A stretch of 49,108 bases of DNA from Minisyncoccia bacterium (GCA_041499075.1 JBGQJN010000003.1:1-49108), one strand, 5' to 3'. Positions 18,895 through 29,040 are shown, counted from the stretch's first letter. Made by a program: numbers and translations. The notes: a model not told the origin generated them from the letters alone.

Positions 18895-19329
18895 TCATAA
18901 ATTTTCTATTTTTTCATCACTTGCAAGTATGGCGATGAGCCGGTCTATCTCCCTTGATAAAGAGCCCCGCATGTTAAGAAAAATCTGTCTAAGTTGTGAA
19001 TTTGCCTGCTGCATGATATTCCTGGTGTTGAATGTCGTCGTTGTAAGAACCCTTTCTAATAACTTTTGGCGCGTAGGAATTAAAAGTAAATCCCATCTAA
19101 GAGAAACCCTGGCAGCAGTAGAACCATGGAAATTTGCCATAGAAAATTGATAACAATAATGGCAGGTCCAAAGACCACTACTTTCATTCTTGAACCAGCC
19201 CTTGCTTAGAGCAAAATCAGCAGTCTCTTTTTGGCCTTTACAAGACCTGGTTTGAGATAGACAACCGATCGCTAAAGGGTCATCACAGCTTACCGTACAG
19301 ATCTCGCCACTGCCAATATTCAGTCCCAT
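18895..19329 (-). CDS. Hypothetical protein with a Cys-rich, Zn-finger-like N-terminus
   Basis: AGGAGG SD; C..SCD..., GW...WTCHYC. Confidence 0.65.
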   Translation of the reverse strand: MGLNIGSGEICTVSCDDPLAIGCLSQTRSCKGQKETADFALSKGWFKNESSGLWTCHYCYQFSMANFHGSTAARVSLRWDLLLIPTRQKLLERVLTTTTFNTRNIMQQANSQLRQIFLNMRGSLSREIDRLIAILASDEKIENL

Positions 19330-19359
19330 AAAACCTCCTTTTTGTTAAGTAACGGGGCT

Positions 19360-19791
19360 TTATTTTGCGCGAGTAATTAGACAGGTAGCCCAGTTTTTGC
19401 CTTCTTCAAGCAAAGTTAGATCTCGCCGGCTTTGACTGACAACCAGCCAGGAGTAGTAGATTTTTCTCAGAATTTCAGGACTTTTTTTGCATTTCTTTGA
19501 GTACCGCTCTTCCAAGTATTTATCAGCGGTCCGCCAGTATTTGGCAACAAGCTGAGGCGTATAGTCACCAGCAACAGTGAAAATCCTATGTTCACTATGC
19601 CGAGGTCCTTCGCGGTGGAGCCGGGAATCATAGTGACAAATCAACTTCTCTCTAAAATATAGAAAGAACAGCCAGAGTCCCTCTACATGGGAGTCGTCCC
19701 CACGAGTGTACGGTTCAAACACTGCACGATGGCCGTCATCAAAAATAACAATAACCTTGTTCCCGTCCACATCTACTTCGGTAACTTCCAT
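19360..19791 (-). CDS. Hypothetical protein
   Basis: AGGAG SD and an upstream TTGACA-18-TATATG promoter. Confidence 0.65.
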   Translation of the reverse strand: MEVTEVDVDGNKVIVIFDDGHRAVFEPYTRGDDSHVEGLWLFFLYFREKLICHYDSRLHREGPRHSEHRIFTVAGDYTPQLVAKYWRTADKYLEERYSKKCKKSPEILRKIYYSWLVVSQSRRDLTLLEEGKNWATCLITRAK

Positions 19792-19917
19792 ATTTTTCTC
19801 CTTATCTATATTTTCAAGGTAATGAGATCATATAGCACGGATTTTATCACCGTGTCAAATCAACTCAAATATCAGAAAAAAATACCGACTGGTGTCGGCG
19901 TTTTGTAGGCTAGACTT

Positions 19918-19947
19918 TTAATTTTTTGGCCCTCTGGGATGTGCCAT
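19918..19947 (-). CDS. Candidate 9-aa micro-ORF MAHPRGPKN
   Basis: TTGACA-17-TACATT promoter (20011-19983), GGAGG SD at 19954-19958, terminator at 19875-19900. Confidence 0.4.
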   Translation of the reverse strand: MAHPRGPKN

Positions 19948-20131
19948 GATTTTCCTCCGTTATTTGTCAATGTTCTGGCTACAATGTAATACCAACCTGT
20001 GGTACTGTCAAGCAAGTGCTACCTCATAACCGCCTGGTTCAGTTTTTTATCAGGGACTTAAAAACAGAAAGACCCCGCACAGATGATGCGTCGTGCAACG
20101 CTCTCTGTGTCGGGGTCGGGGGGAATTAACC

Positions 20132-20425
20132 TCATCGGCTTACCACCCTGACGGCATAACCTTTGGGCGACGTTACGGTACAAACGATCACCGTAACTTG
20201 TCGCCCGCCTTGGATTGCTTGGGCCGTGAAAGCGACTTCTTCGCTATCGCAGCCGTAGACGTAATGGCCCAGCAAATGACGCTGGACATTTCTTACGTCC
20301 CTGAAGCCGCGAATCTCGATTGCCCGCTTTGCGGAGGATGTGTCCTGTAACCCAATGTTTACCATCCGGAGCAATCCGAGCAGGATTGCTCCGGAGACTA
20401 CTATGAAACCCATGGACTTTTTCAT
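20132..20425 (-). CDS. Small membrane-anchored protein resembling phage hypothetical proteins
   Basis: TM helix; GF.DV...YGC....F.A..G..V..VC....KG..VR pattern; TTGACT-17-TATAAT promoter and GAGG SD. Confidence 0.65.
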   Translation of the reverse strand: MKKSMGFIVVSGAILLGLLRMVNIGLQDTSSAKRAIEIRGFRDVRNVQRHLLGHYVYGCDSEEVAFTAQAIQGGRQVTVIVCTVTSPKGYAVRVVSR

Positions 20426-20491
20426 GACTTTTTCCTCTCGTTTTCCTTCCTTTTTAGAGTACTACCTACATTATGTATTATACCAAATAAC

Positions 20492-22960
20492 ATGACAAAA
20501 GTCAAGTCATGGTCCGGCCCTGTATTTGTAGTTTATTTGCCGGAGATTTATAATAAAAGTGTGGCTTATAACCTAGGCGAATTTAACGTTAAAAGGCTTT
20601 GTATCCTCTTTGTTTTAGTTTTAGCTTTTTTGGGCGTATCTCTATCGGTATCGGTCAGATTTACTTTTTCCGCCACCTCTTCCACGACACCTACTATTTT
20701 TTTCACCGATCTCATCTCTGGCCCGAATGGCGGCGGAGAAAGCAGCAACGGAACTTATGTTACCATTTACGGTAATAATTTTGGGTTAAGTCCGACAGTT
20801 ACGGTGGGCGGCGGACAAGCGTTGATCAAATCAGCCCCATCTTCATACCAGTGGTATCAGAAGATGACCATACAGCTCAATTCTGCCAGCCGAACCGGAA
20901 ATATTATAATCACTAATGCAAACGGCTCAAGCAACGGCGTATCATTTACCATACGTAGCGGCAGTATCTATTGCGTGTCTACCGGCGGCAACGATGCTAA
21001 TCCGGGGACTTTCTCCGGCGGCTGCTGGCGGACTATCCCGAAAGCTAGGCATTCTAGGATTGCGGGAGATATTGTCTATTTGGAAAACGGCGTCACGCAG
21101 ACAACATTAGATGATTATGCCTCGGCAGTATGGCTGGGAGACAGCGGCAACGGCACATCTGCCAATCCGATTGCTTTTGTGGTTTACCCCGGAGCCAGTG
21201 TCACTATCGGTGCCAACAGTGGGACATTCAGCAATGCCCTCCGAGGCAACTCAATACACGGCAGTAATAACTATTTCGTTATCGCCGGTTTGAATCTAAT
21301 TGGTCCTCGGGAAGCTATTGAACTTAGTCCAGTTCTGGACGGCTGGAGAATTGTCGGCAACAATATGACCTGTCCCAACGGCTCGGGCCAAGCCGCTTGC
21401 TTCCATGCTAATACGTCGACAAACGTGATGTTCTACGGAAATAACATCCATGACATCGGTAGCACGGCAGGCTTAATTGATAAGTACTATCACGCGGTGT
21501 ATTTCACGACCAATGCCAATCACATCGATGTCGGCTGGAATACTATTGTCCCAAATCCTGTCGGCTCAACCACTTCTGGCGGCTGCCGGGCAATTCAATT
21601 TTATTCCACGGGCGGATCCGATCAATTCGATCTGCATGTTCATGATAATCTGATCCACGACGCGATCTGTGACGGTATTAATTTCGCCACCGTAAATGCC
21701 AATGCCGGAACGGTGGAAGCATACAACAATGTTGTCTATCACACAGGCACTGGGCCGGATCCCGGCGACGGGGCATCTAATTATTCTTGCGTTAATGTCG
21801 GCAGTTCTAGCCCCAAGACCGCGAATGTCGAGCTTTACAACAATAGTTTCTACGACTGCGGTTCCAGAGGAAACAGTAATTCCGGTGCTTTATCCATTTA
21901 CACCGGCACCAGACTCCGCAACAATATCGTTCAGCAAAAAAGCGGAGAACCATATCTGACATCCCGCAACAGCGTGACTCCTTCAGGAAGTAATAATGAG
22001 TGGTTCGGATCAGGCAACGGACTGTCACAAACTACCGCTAACATAAACGCAGACCCGAGATTCGTAAGTATCGTTACACCGGACCTCCATTTGCAATCAG
22101 GCAGTCCTGCCATTAATAGCGGCATGGGTGGCCTTGTATCAAATGATAAAGACGGCATCCCCCGTCCCCAGGGCTCCGCTTATGACATCGGCGCTTATGA
22201 ATACTTATCCGGCGTTATCTTTACTCCGACACCGACAGCTACTCCCACTCCTTCGACAAGCTCAGCACCTACGCCTACTCCGACACCAACAAAAACTCCG
22301 ACTCCTTCGCCTACTACCTCGGGATCTCCGGCTCCGAGTTCGACAAACTCACCGCAAGCAACACCCTCGTCGACTCCGACATCTATCGCCATCCTTGGCG
22401 ACAATAAAATCGAGTCAAAAACTGACTTCGATGACAGCAATTACATGAACGCTGTTAAGTTCACGATGCCCAATAATTCCGGCAGCGCACAATCAATATC
22501 AGTCTATGTGGCGAGCCCCGTCAGTAAGTCGCCGAATAATCAGTCTCAGGTTGCTATTTATTCCAACAATAACGGCACTCCGGGAACATTAATTGCTTCG
22601 AGTGTTTCCAAAACAATTACAGCCGACGGCTGGGCGACTGCGCCAATCAGCGCTTTACTTATGCCCAATACTACATATTGGTTAACCTACAACAGCAACG
22701 GCAATTCCAGCTCCGAGAATAACTGGAAACTTGGGCCGGGAAGTACAAAGCAATATGTTTGGAAGGCCACTAATTTCGGCACATGGCCATCAACCTTCGG
22801 CACTATCGGCGGCGGCAGTTCTTCGGTTGCCAGTATTTACTTGACTTATACTTTGCCGGTAGTTGTATCTACACCTACACCGGGGATCGCCGCGACACAC
22901 ATCAGCCCGCCCTCCATCCTCGACAAAATATTCGCATTCTTCTATAAGTTGTTTAGATAA
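20492..22960 (+). CDS. Secreted protein: IPT/TIG, right-handed beta-helix, choice-of-anchor-Q-like, PT linker, C-terminal beta domain (true start probably near 20561)
   Basis: VTIYGNNFG; N-rich helix repeats; DLHLQSGSPAIN.G...DG.PRPQG..YDIGAYE; (PT)n linker. Confidence 0.8.
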   Translation: MTKVKSWSGPVFVVYLPEIYNKSVAYNLGEFNVKRLCILFVLVLAFLGVSLSVSVRFTFSATSSTTPTIFFTDLISGPNGGGESSNGTYVTIYGNNFGLSPTVTVGGGQALIKSAPSSYQWYQKMTIQLNSASRTGNIIITNANGSSNGVSFTIRSGSIYCVSTGGNDANPGTFSGGCWRTIPKARHSRIAGDIVYLENGVTQTTLDDYASAVWLGDSGNGTSANPIAFVVYPGASVTIGANSGTFSNALRGNSIHGSNNYFVIAGLNLIGPREAIELSPVLDGWRIVGNNMTCPNGSGQAACFHANTSTNVMFYGNNIHDIGSTAGLIDKYYHAVYFTTNANHIDVGWNTIVPNPVGSTTSGGCRAIQFYSTGGSDQFDLHVHDNLIHDAICDGINFATVNANAGTVEAYNNVVYHTGTGPDPGDGASNYSCVNVGSSSPKTANVELYNNSFYDCGSRGNSNSGALSIYTGTRLRNNIVQQKSGEPYLTSRNSVTPSGSNNEWFGSGNGLSQTTANINADPRFVSIVTPDLHLQSGSPAINSGMGGLVSNDKDGIPRPQGSAYDIGAYEYLSGVIFTPTPTATPTPSTSSAPTPTPTPTKTPTPSPTTSGSPAPSSTNSPQATPSSTPTSIAILGDNKIESKTDFDDSNYMNAVKFTMPNNSGSAQSISVYVASPVSKSPNNQSQVAIYSNNNGTPGTLIASSVSKTITADGWATAPISALLMPNTTYWLTYNSNGNSSSENNWKLGPGSTKQYVWKATNFGTWPSTFGTIGGGSSSVASIYLTYTLPVVVSTPTPGIAATHISPPSILDKIFAFFYKLFR

Positions 22961-22981
22961 AAACTTACTAACATCCGCTAG

Positions 22982-23545
22982 CTAACGGATTCCCGTATCT
23001 ATTGAAAAATTAAATTCGATTGTTTCGCCAGACCTCACGGTTATATTTTTGGGCAAGTCCTTACTGCCGCCGATCCCTTGATTTGGAGTTTTAAGAACGT
23101 ATGTCCCCGCCGGCACTTCAAAGCGGTACGTTCCATCGGATGCGAAATACATCCTTTTTACTTCTGTGGTTCCGTTGGCGGCATATAAAATTATCTCTCG
23201 TGATGTATACGCTGCAGGCGGCACGGGGCATGGCGAGTCTAGACGTTCCACCGGGCAGATCGGCCCTATACTTACGCTTCCTTTGATTGTGGCTATCGCA
23301 GTCGTATTGTTGTTCGTTGCGGTGGGACAAGGTGCAAATTCACAGTTTGGGCCCACCCTGCCGACGGCAGAACCGTCAGGGCATAGTTTTGCTTCAAGAG
23401 TACAGGCAGTATGTTCTACTGGTTTGTGCGTAAAATAATAAATTCCACCGGCCGTCGCGGCCATAGCACTTAAAACAATTAAAATAGTGATTGCTAAGTA
23501 AATTTTCCTGACCATATTTACCTCATCATCCCGCTTCTTAACCAA
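22982..23545 (-). CDS. Membrane-anchored protein with a CTxEAKxCPDG Cys motif and a carboxypeptidase-regulatory-like domain
   Basis: ACTLEAKLCPDGSAVGRVGPNCEFAPCP; GPICPVE; DGTYRFEVPAGTY; start may be MVRK. Confidence 0.75.
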   Translation of the reverse strand: MVKKRDDEVNMVRKIYLAITILIVLSAMAATAGGIYYFTHKPVEHTACTLEAKLCPDGSAVGRVGPNCEFAPCPTATNNNTTAIATIKGSVSIGPICPVERLDSPCPVPPAAYTSREIILYAANGTTEVKRMYFASDGTYRFEVPAGTYVLKTPNQGIGGSKDLPKNITVRSGETIEFNFSIDTGIR

Positions 23546-23630
23546 AAAATCAATACATTCGCACTGCTGTGCTCAGTACTTCCTCATTCCCATTCGGTCG
23601 CCTAAAACAAAAACCGAGGGGCTAGCTCGG

Positions 23631-24131
23631 CTAGAAAGATTCACTTTCGGATTCGATTTCGGGTAACATTATTTCCAGTGTCTCAAGGAAGTGTTTAGTA
23701 TTTTCGCTATCAAGAGAGCGTAGTAGAACTTCCTCTTCAATATAAATCGGAGAGGAGAAACGCAAGGCGAGAGCAATGGCATCGCTTGGCCTGGAATCCA
23801 CAATCAATTCCCTGCCACCCATTTCCAGATAAACATTCGCATAATATACATCGTCCTTCAATTCAGTGATTATTACCTTGCTAAGCATCCAGCCAATTTC
23901 AACCAGGACGTTTCTAAAAAGATCATGGGTTTGTGGCCTGGGTACTGCCGTATCCTGAACGGCAAAAAAAATAGCTTGTATGGCTTGGGCTTCAAGCGGA
24001 CCGGTAAATATGGGAAATGCCGAATTAGCCGAATTAGTAGTTGGGTCTCTAGCGACTATCACATACCGATTGCCGAACGCGGTACTTATGATCACGACCG
24101 AGTTTTTCCTAACTTTCAATTCTCTCAACAT
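23631..24131 (-). CDS. Bifunctional nuclease (DUF151/BFN) family protein
   Basis: FPIFTG..EA.AI, PRPQTHDL, YYA, DSRPSDAIALALR...PIY. Confidence 0.9.
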   Translation of the reverse strand: MLRELKVRKNSVVIISTAFGNRYVIVARDPTTNSANSAFPIFTGPLEAQAIQAIFFAVQDTAVPRPQTHDLFRNVLVEIGWMLSKVIITELKDDVYYANVYLEMGGRELIVDSRPSDAIALALRFSSPIYIEEEVLLRSLDSENTKHFLETLEIMLPEIESESESF

Positions 24132-24299
24132 ATCCCCTCCTTGTTTTAAAAAAACTTATGGCTACTGCTAAAATAACTCCTGGCATACAGCCTGTCAATG
24201 CCAAGCCGCCCAAAAATCAAACAAAAACCCCGCACTAGACGAAACGCGAGGCTTGCCGTTGTGCGAGGTTATTACCTATTGATAGCTTACAAGACGAGG

Positions 24300-24554
24300 C
24301 TATGCTTTTTTCTTAGCCACCCGCTTTTGCTCTAGAATACTCTTCTTTACTTCCAGAATATCGCGTGCCCACTTAGCGGCACCGGCAAAATCAAAGTAGT
24401 TGTCAATCGCGGCGATAATCTCGTCATGTCCATTCGGAATTTTCGTTTCTTTGATCAGCTGTAACAGGTGATGAATCTCCGGACTGGACGGACTAGGATT
24501 ACAGCGTCGAATTGACTGTATTATAGTTTCGTGGAAGGGTTTTAATGCCAACAT
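24300..24554 (-). CDS. Hypothetical protein
   Basis: AGGAG SD; TTGACA-17-TATGAG promoter; downstream hairpin. Confidence 0.65.
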   Translation of the reverse strand: MLALKPFHETIIQSIRRCNPSPSSPEIHHLLQLIKETKIPNGHDEIIAAIDNYFDFAGAAKWARDILEVKKSILEQKRVAKKKA

Positions 24555-24674
24555 ATACCTTCTCCTTTTCTAGATTTTTAAGGTTATAATAACTCATATC
24601 ATGCACCCCCTACCATGTCAAATCTACCGCCCAACAATTTTTACTTGTAGTGAACTGGCCGAACTACCAAACGG

Positions 24675-26783
24675 CTATTTCTTCCCCTCCTTAATCTGTT
24701 CCGCAATACTATTAGGCACTGGCTCATAGTGCGAGAATTCCATACTATAGTTCCCTCTGCCTTGAGTCAGCGAACGGATAGTCGTGGCATAGCCGAACAT
24801 TTCCGAGAGCGGCACTTTGGCGTCAATGACTTTGAGATTAAGCGGCGAGCGATCAGTCATCTGTTCAATTTGTCCGCGGCGCGAGCTCAAATCACCGGTG
24901 ATTTCACCGAGGAATTGTTCCGGTACAATGACTTCAACTTTCATAATCGGTTCAAGTAAAACCGGCTTGGCCCGCCTGACGGCTTCCTGCAAAGCCATCG
25001 CCGCCGCAATCTTGAAAGCGATTTCGGATGAGTCAACGTCGTGATAACTGCCGTCATATAGCGCCACTTTCAAATCCACCAGCGGAAAGCCGGCAATGAC
25101 TCCTTTATCCAGACCTTCATGCACGCCCTTCTCAACGGCCGGTATGAACTCCTGCGGAATAACACCGCTTTTGATCTCGTCAATGAATTCAAAACCTTTG
25201 GCCCGCTCCTGCGGTTCCACGCGCAGCCAAACATGGCCGTACTGACCGCGGCCGCCGGATTGTTTGATGTATCTGCCTTCGGCCTGCGCCGTTTCACGGA
25301 TGGTTTCTTTGTAGGCAACTTGCGGCCGGCCGACATTGGCGCCTACGCCGAATTCGCGTTTCATCCTTTCCACAATAATATCCAAATGTAATTCGCCCAT
25401 GCCGGAAATTATTGTCTCGGCAGTCTCCTGGTCGGTTTTGATCCTAAAAGTCGGATCCTCATCTGATAACTTCTTGAGGGCAATGCCCATTTTTTCTTGG
25501 TCAGCTTTGGTCTTGGGTTCAATGCGCAGTGAAATGACAGGCTCCGGAAAAATGATTTTTTCCAAAATTATCGGCTGGGCCGGATCACAAAGCGTATCAC
25601 CGGTTCGGGTGGCTTTGAGTCCGACAGTGGCAGCGATGCCGCCGGCGTAAACATCTTTTATCTCTTCCCTATCATTGGCCTTCATGCGCAGGATCCGTCC
25701 GATACGCTCCTGCTGGCCGGAAGTGCTGTTGAGAGCATAGGAACCAGCGCTCAAAATACCCGAGTAAACGCGGAAGAATGTCAGCTGGCCGACGTAAGGG
25801 TCGGTGGCAATCTTGAATGCCAGCGCGCAAAAGGGCGCATCATCGCGCAATTCTCTGACGATATCGCCACCGGTCTTGGGATCAATGCCGTGTACCGGCG
25901 GCCGGTCAACCGGCGAGGGCAAGTAGTCCACCACACCGTCAAGCACGAATTGCACGCCTTTATTTTTTAAGGCTGAACCGGCGAAGACCGGCACGATTTT
26001 GTTTTCAATTACCGCCTGGCGCAGGATCTTCATCAAACGCTCAACGGAAATATCCTTGCCTTCCAGATACTCGGCCATCGCCTGGTCATCGTGTTCAACT
26101 ATTTTTTCAACAAGCTCCGCTCTGGTTTCCTCGGCCCGCTTTTTGAGATCATCACTTGGAATCGGCGCTTCAACTACTTTCTCGCCATTGCCGCCTTCAA
26201 AAACGTAATATTTCATTTCAAGCAGATTAACTACCCCCTGGAAGCCGTCCTCCTCGCCATCGGGCAACTGCATTTTTACGGCATGCGGTGTCAGGCGTTC
26301 AAGGATTGATTGGTAAGATCGTTCAAAAGAGGCGCCTGTGCGGTCAAGCTTATTGATAAAACAAATTCTGGGCACGCCGTATTCGTCGGCATAACGCCAG
26401 TTGGTCTCGGATTGCGGCTCCACGCCGGCCACGCCGTCAAAAACCACCACTGCGCCGTCAAGCACGCGCAGGGAACGTTTGACCTCAACCGTAAAATCAA
26501 TATGTCCGGGAGTGTCAATGATATTGATGCGGTGTTCGGTCTCGGGACTTTTCGTCAGACCGACCTTGAACCAATAAGCCGTAACGGCGGCGGCGGTAAT
26601 GGTGATGCCCCGCTCGCGCTCCTGTTCCATCCAATCCATGACCGTCTCGCCCTCGTGCACCTCGCCGATCTTGTGCGAAATGCCAGTGTAAAACAAAATA
26701 CGCTCACTGACCGTGGTTTTGCCGGCATCAATGTGAGCGATGATTCCTATATTACGAATTTTTTCTATTGGAAAGTCTGGCAT
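24675..26783 (-). CDS. fusA: Elongation factor G
   Basis: [38 protein letters not shown]. Confidence 0.98.
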   Translation of the reverse strand: MPDFPIEKIRNIGIIAHIDAGKTTVSERILFYTGISHKIGEVHEGETVMDWMEQERERGITITAAAVTAYWFKVGLTKSPETEHRINIIDTPGHIDFTVEVKRSLRVLDGAVVVFDGVAGVEPQSETNWRYADEYGVPRICFINKLDRTGASFERSYQSILERLTPHAVKMQLPDGEEDGFQGVVNLLEMKYYVFEGGNGEKVVEAPIPSDDLKKRAEETRAELVEKIVEHDDQAMAEYLEGKDISVERLMKILRQAVIENKIVPVFAGSALKNKGVQFVLDGVVDYLPSPVDRPPVHGIDPKTGGDIVRELRDDAPFCALAFKIATDPYVGQLTFFRVYSGILSAGSYALNSTSGQQERIGRILRMKANDREEIKDVYAGGIAATVGLKATRTGDTLCDPAQPIILEKIIFPEPVISLRIEPKTKADQEKMGIALKKLSDEDPTFRIKTDQETAETIISGMGELHLDIIVERMKREFGVGANVGRPQVAYKETIRETAQAEGRYIKQSGGRGQYGHVWLRVEPQERAKGFEFIDEIKSGVIPQEFIPAVEKGVHEGLDKGVIAGFPLVDLKVALYDGSYHDVDSSEIAFKIAAAMALQEAVRRAKPVLLEPIMKVEVIVPEQFLGEITGDLSSRRGQIEQMTDRSPLNLKVIDAKVPLSEMFGYATTIRSLTQGRGNYSMEFSHYEPVPNSIAEQIKEGKK

Positions 26784-26812
26784 ATGGTTTTTGGTGCTGT
26801 GGATATCTGGGT

Positions 26813-26842
26813 TTGACAGCGCCTATACCTACTTGCTAAGCT
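26813..26842 (+). promoter_or_regulatory. Sigma70-type promoter, antisense within the str operon spacer
   Basis: TTGACA (26813-18), 18 bp, TGcTAAGCT (26837-42); TGTGGATAT at 26798-26806. Confidence 0.55.
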
Positions 26843-26845
26843 TGA

Positions 26846-27000
26846 GGTGAACTAGGAATGTTTAGGCAAAACAGCCTCACGGTTCCCGGGTTCACCGATC
26901 TTTTTTCTATGTTCAATCTGACCTGTCAGGTCTCGGGAGGTTTTGGACCCCCCCTCGGCCCGCAAAGTTCCCTAGGTGAAAATGCGGGCCATTTTTTTTA
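26846..27000 (+). ncRNA. Candidate structured small RNA between rpsG and fusA
   Basis: Promoter upstream; GGTGAAC...GTTCACC long hairpin; GGCCCGCA...TGCGGGCC followed by a T-tract terminator. Confidence 0.4.
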
Positions 27001-27015
27001 TTTGAAAAAACGAAG

Positions 27016-27157
27016 TCGAAGTATCCTGTAGGTATTCCAGCGAGCGGATTGCTTGGTTGATTTTTGATATAATTTTTCTTCATCAAAAATCAAATCCGCG
27101 AGATGAAATAGCGGAGCCGCCGCTGGAGCGGCGGAGCGTACCTACAGGATACTTCGA
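27016..27157. repeat. Structured MITE/REP-like element with a perfect 19-bp terminal inverted repeat
   Basis: tcgaagtatcctgtaggta / tacctacaggatacttcga; inner ttgatttttgat/atcaaaaatcaa and ccgccgct/agcggcgg stems. Confidence 0.75.
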
Positions 27158-27166
27158 TGAAGTCTA

Positions 27167-27634
27167 TTACCAAGCAAAATGCGCAAAGGCCTTATTCGCT
27201 TCCGCCATCTTGTGCGTATCCATCTTTTTCTTAATCGCGATGCCAGTATTGTTATAGGCGTTAATAATTTCGGCGGCAAGCTTCTCCTGCATGGGCTTAC
27301 CCTTGCCTGATCTGGCGGCATCAATAATCCATCGGAAGGCCAGAGCCATTTTACGCTCGCTTTTAACTTCGTAGGGCACCTGATAATTGGCACCACCGAT
27401 CCTGCGGCTCTTGAGTTCCAGTTGCGGGCCGGCGTTATTCATCGCCACATCAAACACCTCCAGAGCTGGTTTGCCGATTGATTTCTCCGCTTTTTCAAGT
27501 GCACCATAAACTATTTTCTCGGCGACTGTTTTCTTGCCGCGTTCCATTACTTTGTTAATTAACTTAGCCACCAAAAGTGACGAGTATTTGTAGTCCGGCT
27601 CAACTATTATTTTTTTCTTTAGTTTTTTCCGCAT
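27167..27634 (-). CDS. rpsG: 30S ribosomal protein S7
   Basis: [36 protein letters not shown]. Confidence 0.98.
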   Translation of the reverse strand: MRKKLKKKIIVEPDYKYSSLLVAKLINKVMERGKKTVAEKIVYGALEKAEKSIGKPALEVFDVAMNNAGPQLELKSRRIGGANYQVPYEVKSERKMALAFRWIIDAARSGKGKPMQEKLAAEIINAYNNTGIAIKKKMDTHKMAEANKAFAHFAW

Positions 27635-27657
27635 GTAATCACTACTCTTAGCTGTTT

Positions 27658-28068
27658 TTACTTGGGCTTCTTCACGCCGTACTTGCTCCTGCCTCTGTTT
27701 CTTTTGTCTACTCCGGATGCATCCAGTCGGCCCCTGATAATATGATACTGCACACCCGGCAAATCTTTGACTCTGCCGCCGCGCAGTGTGACTACCGAAT
27801 GCTCCTGCAGATTATGGCCAACCCCGGGGATGTAAGCCGTAACTTCCATGCCGTTGGTCAGTCTGACACGGGCAAATTTACGCAAAGCGGAATTGGGCTT
27901 CTTGGGTGTCATTGTGCCGACTTTGATGGCTACCCCGCGCTTGAATGGCGCCGGATAGTAAACCGGATGGTTCTTTTTACTGTTAAAACCAAAAGCCAGA
28001 GCTAGCGAGCCGCTTTTCCTTTTAGACTTTTTCCGGGGATTTTTTAGTAGCTGGTTAAATGTGGGCAT
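27658..28068 (-). CDS. rpsL: 30S ribosomal protein S12
   Basis: [34 protein letters not shown]; start reassigned to the ATG at 28068. Confidence 0.98.
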   Translation of the reverse strand: MPTFNQLLKNPRKKSKRKSGSLALAFGFNSKKNHPVYYPAPFKRGVAIKVGTMTPKKPNSALRKFARVRLTNGMEVTAYIPGVGHNLQEHSVVTLRGGRVKDLPGVQYHIIRGRLDASGVDKRNRGRSKYGVKKPK

Positions 28069-28099
28069 ATTATTAGATAAAAAGAGGCACTGGACGCGC

Positions 28100-28708
28100 C
28101 TATCCAACTATAACTTTAAATAACAAATTAATCAAGGGAAAGATCAGCGGAAAGATGAATATTATAAAAACGAAAAAAATAAATAGACTGTGGCGGAGTA
28201 GGAAAAACTTAAAAGAATTGAAACGGCTGGGTAAAAACGTGAACAACAGCCAATGGCCGTCAAGCGGCGGGATAGGCATGAGATTGAAAATCGCCAGAAC
28301 CAAATTGAGTATGACTATGAATTGCAACAGCTGCGGCAAAGCGGTTGCCGCCAAAGAAGCCGGCAGAAACCTAAGCAGTAGGCCGAACAATATCGCAATT
28401 GTCATATTCACTGCCGGACCGGCGAGCGCGACTTTGGCCGGACCGTATTTTTTATCGTTCAGATTATTGGGGTTATAAGGCACCGGCTTGGCGTAACCGA
28501 AGACAAAACCTCCCAGCCAGTACGTGAGCAAAGGCAAAATAACCGAACCGAACCAGTCCAGATGTTTGAACGGATTAAGGGTGATCCTGCCCATATCCCT
28601 GGCCGTAGTATCGCCCATGCTATCGGCGACTATGCCATGAGAAACCTCGTGCAGAACGACCGAAAACAGAACCACCAACATATTGAATATGATAACTAAA
28701 AATCCCAT
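28100..28708 (-). CDS. Site-2 protease (M50) family
   Basis: [28 protein letters not shown]. Confidence 0.92.
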   Translation of the reverse strand: MGFLVIIFNMLVVLFSVVLHEVSHGIVADSMGDTTARDMGRITLNPFKHLDWFGSVILPLLTYWLGGFVFGYAKPVPYNPNNLNDKKYGPAKVALAGPAVNMTIAILFGLLLRFLPASLAATALPQLLQFIVILNLVLAIFNLMPIPPLDGHWLLFTFLPSRFNSFKFFLLRHSLFIFFVFIIFIFPLIFPLINLLFKVIVG

Positions 28709-28751
28709 TCTACTTGCTAATCTATCATTTTTTTGTTAAAGTGTAAATACT

Positions 28752-28931
28752 ATGACACGATGTCCCCGCTGCGGGAAAAAACCGATGATGGCTAACAAGC
28801 GCAAGCTTTTGCGTGGTCATTACAATCCTGTTAACCGCTATCGCAAATATCCCAATCTGCAATGGGCTATGGTTGACGGCAAACGAATGAGAATGTGCAC
28901 ATCGTGCATTAAAACTTTAAGTAAAGCTTAA
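28752..28931 (+). CDS. rpmB: 50S ribosomal protein L28 (Zn-ribbon type; missed by the ORF track)
   Basis: Manual translation: MTRCPRCGKKPMMANKRKLLRGHYNPVNRYRKYPNLQWAMVDGKRMRMCTSCIKTLSKA*. Confidence 0.85.
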   Translation: MTRCPRCGKKPMMANKRKLLRGHYNPVNRYRKYPNLQWAMVDGKRMRMCTSCIKTLSKA

Positions 28932-28969
28932 TCAGTCTGTGAAAAGTCTATGAAATGCCCTCAACAGGG

Positions 28970-29040
28970 CGGGCTGGAGTATGATGGCAGTACGCGTCCA
29001 TGGGGTGGATGTAGACCGGGTTCGACTCCCGGCAGCCCGA
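28970..29040 (+). tRNA. tRNA-Pro (GGG), no encoded CCA
   Basis: CGGGCTG/CAGCCCG acceptor with A73; CGTCC-ATGGGGT-GGATG anticodon arm; CCGGG-TTCGACT-CCCGG T-arm. Confidence 0.88.

Noticed and set aside
22220-22385. Repetitive DNA in the beta-helix gene
   Set aside because: Explained by an ordinary Pro/Thr/Ser linker
20060-24275. Integron attC sites after accessory genes
   Set aside because: The hairpins lack clear RYYYAAC/GTTRRRY ends, have A/T tracts typical of terminators, and no IntI is present
26860-26975. c-di-GMP-I riboswitch or SRP RNA (GGCAAA, GCAAAG, TCAGGTC words)
   Set aside because: Spacing and the required GAAA tetraloop / GGAAGCAG elements do not fit
27057-27396. ORFs overlapping rpsG and its downstream spacer
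   Set aside because: Alternative frames of rpsG and the inverted-repeat element
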